In this document: in pieces, positions 1 through 7,700 of the stretch | Numbering within the stretch: position 1 is the stretch's first letter | How the letters are laid out: each line of letters opens with the position of its first letter | IMG/VR virus record: IMGVR_UViG_3300032296_003759 | Source: a virus | Lineage: Duplodnaviria; Heunggongvirae; Uroviricota; Caudoviricetes | Direction: 5' to 3' (one strand) | DNA length: 12,361 bases | Made by a program: the position numbers and the translations under genes | Notes under the pieces: model-generated | The model's database searches: none | Seen by the model: only the letters and a program-made list of their open reading frames with translations | Told to the model about the DNA's origin: nothing

Positions 1-3000
1 ATCCAGAAGTGAGGATCTATCAAGCATGTCATCAAGAAAATCACCTTGAACAAAGTCAAATTTTTGATAAAGAAGTGTCCAGTATGAAAGATCTGTAGAT
101 TTTGCATAATCTCCAACTATAGCTAGTGTCATTTTACCTGCATCTATAGATCCTAATGAATACTCTTTCATATTTACATACTTCCCAGAGAATGCTTCTA
201 TAAAGTTATTTATACTTGCACCAAAATAATTAATTGTACCACCTACAGGACTAAACATTAATCTAAGTGCTGATCCTGAGGTAAATCCTCTTGAAATCTT
301 ATTTAATATTGGACTATTTACAAGATTATCAGGAACACTATTTAATATTGATTTTTCGTATATTTTTTTAAAATAACCAAGTCTATTTTTATTACCTACT
401 CCTTTTTGATTTACACTAAGAGTATTTATAAGTGCCTCTACAACAGGTAGTCTCTCTGATCTTGCAGCAAAATCATGGGACTTATAATTATATGTAGAAA
501 TAGAATTTACAAGATTTCTTGAAACGAATTCAGGTTTAATCCTTTGTCCCATACCAAGTCTTGGTATATCTTGAGTTAATAATTCTCCAGTTACAGCATT
601 GTAATCTTTTATGTCTCTATAGCCACTTTCTTGTTCGGTTAAATCTGTACTTTCTTGTTGTTTAACAAAAGATACTACTTCATTAAATTTTTCTTTTACT
701 GTTGTACCAATTCTTTCTTTTTCTTCAAGAGCAGTAAGAGTCATTACTGGAACATCTAAATATCTTCTTAATTTTTCATCAACTCTTTCTTGATCTTTTA
801 AATATTGATTTTTCAGTAGTTCCATGTACTGAAAAGTAAGAGAGTTTGATGCTTTTAATTTATAGTATTCTTCATCTATAAATTTATTATCAATAGGATT
901 TTCTTCTTTTGGTAAAGGTAAGAAGTTTCCTCTATTATCTATATGATATCCTACCTTTAATTCAACTTTTCCTGTTTTTGGATTATAACCGGTTCTATAT
1001 TCATCTTTTACTCTTGATACAACAAATCTTTTTGACACAGCACCAACATAATCATCTGGATCTGTTGGAACTAACTGTTGATAAATCATTGATGGATAGA
1101 AATTATATTGTGTGTATCCTAAAAGCTCTTCACTATAACGGCCCACATTTGTAATATGTACTTGTTCAAACCAATCAACTATATCTGTATATTCGTTTTT
1201 ATCTTTACTTTCTAAGTAATCTACTAAAGGCAATATACCTTTAGCAGCATTACCTTCTATCATTATTTTAAATACTTCTCCAATATCTGATTGCTCTTCA
1301 AATAATGATATTAATGAAGCATAATCTCTATATGAAAGAGCCTCTCCTAAATTATAAACAATATTTTTCACATTCTTTGCATAGCTTTTTAGATCATCTA
1401 CTACATCAGCATCCCTACTGATATTTAAAGAATACTCACTAATAGCAATATACAACTCTTCCATTTTTTCCCAATAATAATCTGTTGGAATAAAAGTTTT
1501 TGATGAACCTAAATATTTTATATATTTTTTTATCTCTTTAATTCTTTCATTATCTTTTCCATATTTTTTTTCAATTTCCTTCATTTGAGAAAAGATTTTC
1601 TTCTTTGCAGAAATGCTAAGATTTTTATTATCTGCTCTTTCCCATAGTTCTGCTAATGCTATTATATCTTCTTTTGAGTAAAGAGAATATACTGGATTAG
1701 ATCTAAGTAGTTTATTCTCTTCAAGTTCTCTCTCTAATGCAACAATATTAGCTATTTCATCTTCTTCTAAAGCTTCTGGATTTACTTGATTTCTTTCATC
1801 TTTTGTACCTGCAAGTGTATCTGATATCTTTTCCCATATTTCTTGAGATCTAGTTTTCTCCTGACCTTTTTGAAGCTCTTTTAGTTTTTCTTTAGCTTCG
1901 TTTCTTTTATCCCAAAAACTTTTATTTATTATTATTCTTGTATTATTTCCTTCCCAGTCCTCTCTAAGTTTAGTTGTAGCTCTTTTAATATCTTCTTGAT
2001 CTACAGGTTTCTCTGCATCTTTTCTATTACCATATTCATCTCTTATAAAAAATACATTTATTCCTAGTTCTTGTTTAACCCGTTCTTCAAATTGTGCTAC
2101 AGTAAAAGAATGGACAGCGTTTTTATTCATTACTTCCATTACTTTTGTCATATAAGAGCTTTTGGCAATTGCAAAATTTAGATTTGATTTATCTCTATCT
2201 TCTTCTCTAAATTGAAAAGATTTAGTAAAATATTCTTTTAGCAATCTACCACCTTCTTTTTCTGCTGCTGTTCTTTCAACACCCTCATAATTAAAATCTG
2301 TAAGTAAACTAGAACGAATTTTTCTTAAAGTTGCAATATTAGCTTCTGTTTCTTTTATGTTTGTTCCTCCAACTAATGATCTTCTTTCTTGTTCTATTCT
2401 AATTGATATTAATTCCCATTCATTATATTGGGTCATGAAATTATCATTATCTGCATACTTATCAAATAAATTATTATACTCTCTAGTAAATTCATTAAAT
2501 TTATAATCAGATTGAAACTTTTTCAGTTCTGCATTTGCCTTTTTCCATTCTAGTCTTTTTACTGCTTCTTGACTTGTACCTTTAGCTTCAACATAAGCCT
2601 TCTTTTTTTCAATTATATCATCTAGCATTTTTCTTTCTGCTATATAATACTCATTATATTTTACAGGACTTAAAAATGATACTACGTCTAAAGGAGATCC
2701 ATCCTTAGAATAAGGATCATATTTTTTAGAAACTCTTGTAATTAGTTTTCCAAGTCTATGTGCCTCTCCACTAAGACCTTGTTTTTTTAATTTATCTATT
2801 TCTATATATAAATTTTCAATATCTTCAGCTGATCTCATCTCATTTTCATATACTTTATCTTGTATATAACTTGCAATACTAGATACATATATATCACCAT
2901 TAGCTATTGCAGCATTTGTCCAGAATCCAATTTGTTGAAGAAAGTCTACATCTGTACCTAAACCTAAAAGAAATTGATTTATTTTTTCATCTGTTTCAAC

Positions 3001-4728
3001 AAACTTAGCTATCTTCCTTGAAGTTTCTTCTATACCAAACTGATTTTTTTCATTCACAAAAGTTTGCATTTTTTCCTGTAAATCTTTACCAATAGAGTCT
3101 CTTGTAAATGAAAGTAAATCTTTAAACAATGGTCTAAAGTATTCCCTTTGTTTAGATAGAATTTTTTGTGTTACTATATCAAATTTAGAGGTAGCATCAT
3201 TAATTACAAATAATATTTGCTCTCCGACTTCACCGCTTTCCTGAAGGACCTGTGCAAAATCATTATCTAAAATATTTTTTATATGTCCATATAATTTTGT
3301 GTAAAGTTGAAGTTCATTTATATTATCAACAGCTTTATAAAAATCCTCAACTTTTTCTCTGTTGTTTACTATTTTAATTAAGCTATCTGATAATATTGAT
3401 AGTTTATCTACTGTTTCAAGAAATTGATAAAATGCATTTGTAATGTTATCAGCTGAGGCAACTTCCGATAAAGATATTGAAGATGTAGCTTTTAATCTTT
3501 CATTAAGAGATAATAATGCAGGAAGATCTAAAAATTCTGTACCTATTGTTAATTCTTCTTTAAGCTTACTATACTTTGGATCATCCATTATCTTTTTAAA
3601 AGTATCATTAAACTTTCTTTTAAATAGTCTTATTGAATCTATTACATCTGATAAGTTTTTATCTTTAGATTCTTGATATAAACCTTCAGCTAAAGGTTTT
3701 AACTTAGTAACTTTATCTGAATATCTTTTACCATATTCTTCTTCTGTAAGTTTAAAGAAATAACTACCAGTAAATGCTTCATTTTCAAGTCTTGCTTGAG
3801 CATCTTTTTTAAATTCTTCAGATGCCTCTCCATTTAATATTTCACCTGCAGCTTCATAATAATATTTATAGTCAGGATGTGAGATAATACTTAGGTTAAA
3901 GAACTCTAAAAATTTTCTCAACCATTTTCTTAACCATCCTTCTTTTACTTTTACTAAGTTATTTACTTTTTCATAATTGTTTTCAGAGATTGCAACTATA
4001 TATTCAGCAATAAGTTTTGCAGTTGCTTCTCTTTTAATCTTATCAATATCTGGTTTACCATTTTCTTTTACATATTTTTCTTTATATTGTTTATATACTT
4101 GACCATATATCTCAAAACTTGTAATATTTGAGAGCATGTCTTTCTTTAACTGATTATCATCAGGAAGAAGTTCTACAAAAAAGTGAGCTACCTCTTCAGG
4201 CATTGCTTTTAATCTTTGGTCAGTTCTCAATCCTATAATAAATTCTTTTATAAAAGATACACCATCCTCTGAGAGATTATCTATCAATTCAATTTTAAGA
4301 TTTGGATTTATACTTAAAAGAAAAGAAACTAACTTCTCATATGTAAATTCTGATATTGTAGGTATATGAATTGAGGAAAAGAAAGTATTGTGATTTATTT
4401 TATTAATGAACCTCCCATCTTGGTAGACTCCGTATTCTTTCAATAAATCAATCACTTTAACAGTTTCAGGATCATTTAACTTTTCATAAGTCTGTACAAT
4501 AGAAGGGGTTATGTTTATTTTATATCCTCCTTCTGAAGGAACTAAAAGCTTTGCTTTATAAGAGTTATTAATTTCTAATACTTTATCTAGAGTATCCGGA
4601 AGTTGAGGATACTTTGGAACAAATAAATTTTTATCTTGAATAAATGTAAATAGATTTGTTTGATCTACTTCACCTTTAAGTGAATTATATATTCCGTTTC
4701 TTATCTTATCTTGTAAACTACATTCCAT
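1..4728 (-). CDS. Giant virion cargo/ejection-type protein with N-terminal zincin-like domain (3'-partial, >=1576 aa); absent from the supplied ORF track
   Basis: Manual translation from ATG at 4726-4728 (MECSLQDKIRNGIYNSLKGEVDQTNLFTFIQDKNLFVPKYPQLPD...) found no TAA, TAG or TGA in frame down to base 1 (...YWTLLYQKFDFVQGDFLDDMLDRSSLLD). The nearest upstream in-frame stop is at 4765-4767. Codon style matches the RNAP gene. The product call rests on the PEEVAHFF motif, a mostly helical and charged composition, and the position directly downstream of the virion RNAP. Confidence 0.88.
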   Translation of the reverse strand, partial: MECSLQDKIRNGIYNSLKGEVDQTNLFTFIQDKNLFVPKYPQLPDTLDKVLEINNSYKAKLLVPSEGGYKINITPSIVQTYEKLNDPETVKVIDLLKEYGVYQDGRFINKINHNTFFSSIHIPTISEFTYEKLVSFLLSINPNLKIELIDNLSEDGVSFIKEFIIGLRTDQRLKAMPEEVAHFFVELLPDDNQLKKDMLSNITSFEIYGQVYKQYKEKYVKENGKPDIDKIKREATAKLIAEYIVAISENNYEKVNNLVKVKEGWLRKWLRKFLEFFNLSIISHPDYKYYYEAAGEILNGEASEEFKKDAQARLENEAFTGSYFFKLTEEEYGKRYSDKVTKLKPLAEGLYQESKDKNLSDVIDSIRLFKRKFNDTFKKIMDDPKYSKLKEELTIGTEFLDLPALLSLNERLKATSSISLSEVASADNITNAFYQFLETVDKLSILSDSLIKIVNNREKVEDFYKAVDNINELQLYTKLYGHIKNILDNDFAQVLQESGEVGEQILFVINDATSKFDIVTQKILSKQREYFRPLFKDLLSFTRDSIGKDLQEKMQTFVNEKNQFGIEETSRKIAKFVETDEKINQFLLGLGTDVDFLQQIGFWTNAAIANGDIYVSSIASYIQDKVYENEMRSAEDIENLYIEIDKLKKQGLSGEAHRLGKLITRVSKKYDPYSKDGSPLDVVSFLSPVKYNEYYIAERKMLDDIIEKKKAYVEAKGTSQEAVKRLEWKKANAELKKFQSDYKFNEFTREYNNLFDKYADNDNFMTQYNEWELISIRIEQERRSLVGGTNIKETEANIATLRKIRSSLLTDFNYEGVERTAAEKEGGRLLKEYFTKSFQFREEDRDKSNLNFAIAKSSYMTKVMEVMNKNAVHSFTVAQFEERVKQELGINVFFIRDEYGNRKDAEKPVDQEDIKRATTKLREDWEGNNTRIIINKSFWDKRNEAKEKLKELQKGQEKTRSQEIWEKISDTLAGTKDERNQVNPEALEEDEIANIVALERELEENKLLRSNPVYSLYSKEDIIALAELWERADNKNLSISAKKKIFSQMKEIEKKYGKDNERIKEIKKYIKYLGSSKTFIPTDYYWEKMEELYIAISEYSLNISRDADVVDDLKSYAKNVKNIVYNLGEALSYRDYASLISLFEEQSDIGEVFKIMIEGNAAKGILPLVDYLESKDKNEYTDIVDWFEQVHITNVGRYSEELLGYTQYNFYPSMIYQQLVPTDPDDYVGAVSKRFVVSRVKDEYRTGYNPKTGKVELKVGYHIDNRGNFLPLPKEENPIDNKFIDEEYYKLKASNSLTFQYMELLKNQYLKDQERVDEKLRRYLDVPVMTLTALEEKERIGTTVKEKFNEVVSFVKQQESTDLTEQESGYRDIKDYNAVTGELLTQDIPRLGMGQRIKPEFVSRNLVNSISTYNYKSHDFAARSERLPVVEALINTLSVNQKGVGNKNRLGYFKKIYEKSILNSVPDNLVNSPILNKISRGFTSGSALRLMFSPVGGTINYFGASINNFIEAFSGKYVNMKEYSLGSIDAGKMTLAIVGDYAKSTDLSYWTLLYQKFDFVQGDFLDDMLDRSSLLD
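3898..4338 (-). other. Zincin-like metallopeptidase-fold domain with EExxH...E motif
   Basis: AMPEEVAHFFVELL at 4165-4206 (E178, E179, H182), a downstream KREATAKLIAE containing E234 (4027-4029), then an amphipathic EGWLRKWLRKFLEFF helix (3898-3942). This layout resembles a gluzincin-type HExxH...E domain with the first His replaced by Glu. Confidence 0.7.
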
Positions 4729-4750
4729 AGTGTAAATATATAAAATTTTA
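4729..4750 (-). promoter_or_regulatory. 22-nt intergenic spacer / Shine-Dalgarno-less translation initiation region
   Basis: The minus strand reads TAA-TAAAATTTTATATATTTACACT-ATG. It has no GGAG/AGGA, is AT-rich and has A at -3, consistent with Bacteroidota-style initiation. There is no room for a terminator hairpin, so the two genes are probably co-transcribed. Confidence 0.6.
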
Positions 4751-7700
4751 TTAACATTCTGCTGTTATATCTGGAAAACCTGTATCAGTTTTTACAGAAA
4801 TAGTATTATTTGGTTTGTTTGGTTCAGTTTTAGTTCCTGATCTTAAGTATTCAAAGATATCAACACTATTAGTATCAAGATATGTTACTAAATCTAAAGT
4901 ATAATAATCCTTTCCTTTATAGTAAAGATTATCAAATATATACTTTTCTGTTTTTTTCTTTTTAAATCTTTTTCCATCTGGGTCTACATCTATTTCTACT
5001 CCCTCTCCTTCATAAGTTAAAGAATTCCACTTTATACTTTTTAAAGGATTATTCTCTATAAACTTTATTCTAAAATACTTCATAAACCTTTCGTATGCTT
5101 TTTCTTTACCTATAGTTTTTTGAGATGGATCATTTTTATCATACTGAATTGAAAATTCTTTTTCCATCTGTTCTATAGCTTCTGTAATAAAGCTAGTCCA
5201 AATTTCTAATGGTATTAAATCAGAGAAGTTATCACCAACATTTGTTGCACCACTTTGATATAATGAAAAATAAGCAAGTTCAGTAAAGAATTCTGATATC
5301 TCTTTTGCTTCTTCTACACTATATTGTCTTTCAAGACCAAGAGCTAAAGGGTTAAAGTTTATAAGATTTCTCCACTGGATTATAAATTCATTTCTTTGAT
5401 TTACAGAATTCTCAGAATCTCTATCTAAATATATATTCCAAATTCTAGTATTTGTATTATATCCCTTTTCTCTGTTTAGCTCCTCTGTGAAATCTGCACC
5501 TGATAATTTAAAAGAAAGATCATTTAGTCTAGAAAAAAATAAAACATTATCTCTTATTTCTGGATACCTTTTTATCATTTCATTAAACTTTATTGCAAAG
5601 AACTCTTTTGAATCTTCAAAATTTTTAATTTTTGGAAGAAAATACTCAGAGAAGTTTACACCTTTATATTTACCAAAGTTTTTATATATATACTCTATAT
5701 AATCGTTATCTATCATTTTTGATACTCTTTCAAGATGTTCATTGTTTCCAAAAGTAGATTCCATTATATATTCAAAAGCAAACATATTTTGTTCACTATA
5801 TAATTTAGGAAATAGTTGCATTAATATATCTTTACCTCTCTCAGTATAATCAAAAGGGGCTATCATTGATTGAGTTTCTAGTTTTACTATTTGTTCCAGT
5901 TTAAATATATCATTCTTTTTTATTTCTTCTTTTCTTTTTAAGTTTTTAGTTATAGATTGTATAGTTGCATATTTTGTAGTATCTGTATTATATGAAAATT
6001 CTAAATTCATAAGTGCTGCACTCTCTTCAAATATTGAACCAAAATAAGCAAGTACTTTTTTCTGAAACTCTTCATCTGCATCTTTTCCTTTTCTTATTTC
6101 TCTATCTAATTGTTCTAAACTAAATTCTAAATCTTCACTTAAATAATCATTAAAATCAGAATAAGGTCTTGCAAGACCGTTATTTGCAAGTTTTGTATTA
6201 ATACTTTTAGTAACACTTTCATCATCATTTTTTTTGTAATTTACAGTATAAACTTCATATCTTGGAAAATTAGGATTCCATCTACTTACATATCCCTGTT
6301 TTAGCATTCCTTTTCTCTGTGCAAGTTCTACAAGAGCATGCTTAAGAGAGTATCCTTGAACTGATCTTGATTTTTCTTCAAATAGACTATATAGTTCTTC
6401 TAATATTGGTTGATTTAAAAAGAATGAAACTTCTTTTAAAGGCACACCTGAAAGTACTAAATATGCAGCTATTTTTTTATTTAATTTATTTATTCCAAGA
6501 TAGGGATATGCAGGTGCATTTACAAGGTCAATTGTAGCAGAAACTAATTGATCTAATGTATCTCCAATAAATACTCCATTTAAATCTCTTCCATACATTT
6601 TTATATCTCCTTGACTAGAAATAAATTCAGATCTTCTATTTCTAGGAATAAGTGGAGTCAATGTAGTTTTTCTCTCACCATAAGAGTCTGTGAACTGATT
6701 ATTCATAGTAAATTTAATAAAATTAAATATACTTGAGTTGGTTCTATGAATAGCCCATCCACCTAAATCTTTTCTTTTACCCATAATAAAATCCCATATT
6801 TCATATTCTTTTACATGAGACATGTTAGATATAGTATTACTTTTTGGATCAAATAATTTAAGTTTTTCTTTTTTAGCTTCTGCTTCTCTTCTGAAGTTTG
6901 CCATTTCAACTTCAGAATAATTTTTCTTGGCAGCAATTAGTTCATTTGCTACATCATCTACTGAATCTTGTGTTGTTGGACTAATTAAATGTTCATAATA
7001 TAAAGGTTCTGACATTAATGCAGAGTACTCTTTTATTATCGAATTAGTTATTGATTTTACTAAAATATTTCTTTTCTCAAATACTTCTAGATCTACTCCG
7101 TAATTTGATCTTTCCTCTAAAGAAAATCCATTTTCAGTTTCTAACTCTTCAATTTCTTTTAATATTCTGTAATACTGATCTGCTTCAATTGCATCATTTG
7201 GAATAGTACCCGGATCAGTTTCTACAAATGTACTATGATACTCTTCAAATGTAATATCTCCAAGTCTTGTATTCTTTATTTCTTTTACTAATATATCAAT
7301 TATACTTTCTCTTTTTTCAATTTCTTCTTCATCAAAGAACACAGTTGTTTGCATTCTCTTTTTAGCTTTTTGAATATTTTGTCTTATGATATCATTACTT
7401 TTAGGATCAGTAGAGTCTTTTATTTTTTTACTAAAGTAATTATAAAGAGCTTGTTCTATAATATCAACTCCAATTTTTCCTTCAAGAGAACTCATATAGG
7501 AAATAATATTTGAAGCAAGCTCTGATTTTGTTTTAGAAAGATTTTTTATATCATCTTTTGAAAGTTTCAATTTATCTGTAAGAGATCTTTTTAAATCTCT
7601 TATTTCTTGTTCTGTCAAAGATAATGCTCTAATTCTATCAAAAATTTCTTGATCTTTTATACCATCTAACATTTTTTCAGTAATAAAAGATCCATCTTTA

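Noticed and set aside
909-1154. Plus-strand 81-aa ORF from the track
   Set aside because: It is antisense shadow of the 1576-codon minus-strand gene, with Leu/Tyr-rich composition typical of reverse-frame translation and no motif.
1564-1571. A8 run on the coding strand (and other A7 runs) as possible frameshift or slippage sites
   Set aside because: The frames are intact, the runs encode Glu/Lys-rich sequence, and no useful alternative-frame extension is evident.
3443-3676. Plus-strand 77-aa ORF from the track
   Set aside because: It lies entirely antisense to the cargo-protein gene and has no independent support.
4591-4613. 7-bp stem hairpin AGTATCC-N9-GGATACT near the 5' end of the cargo gene, and a similar ATCCTTA-GAA-TAAGGAT at 2701-2717
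   Set aside because: Both are short stems inside coding sequence with no terminator-like U-tract context, at about chance frequency.
4733-4742. TATATTTA resembling the Bacteroidota -7 promoter element TAnnTTTG
   Set aside because: It mismatches at the conserved G, sits too close to the ATG, and AT-rich look-alikes are abundant.
1-4750. Possible recoded, pseudogenised or non-coding region suggested by the empty ORF track
   Set aside because: Manual translation shows one intact open frame in standard code running off the edge.
5487-5702. Plus-strand 71-aa ORF from the track
   Set aside because: Antisense shadow inside the RNAP gene.
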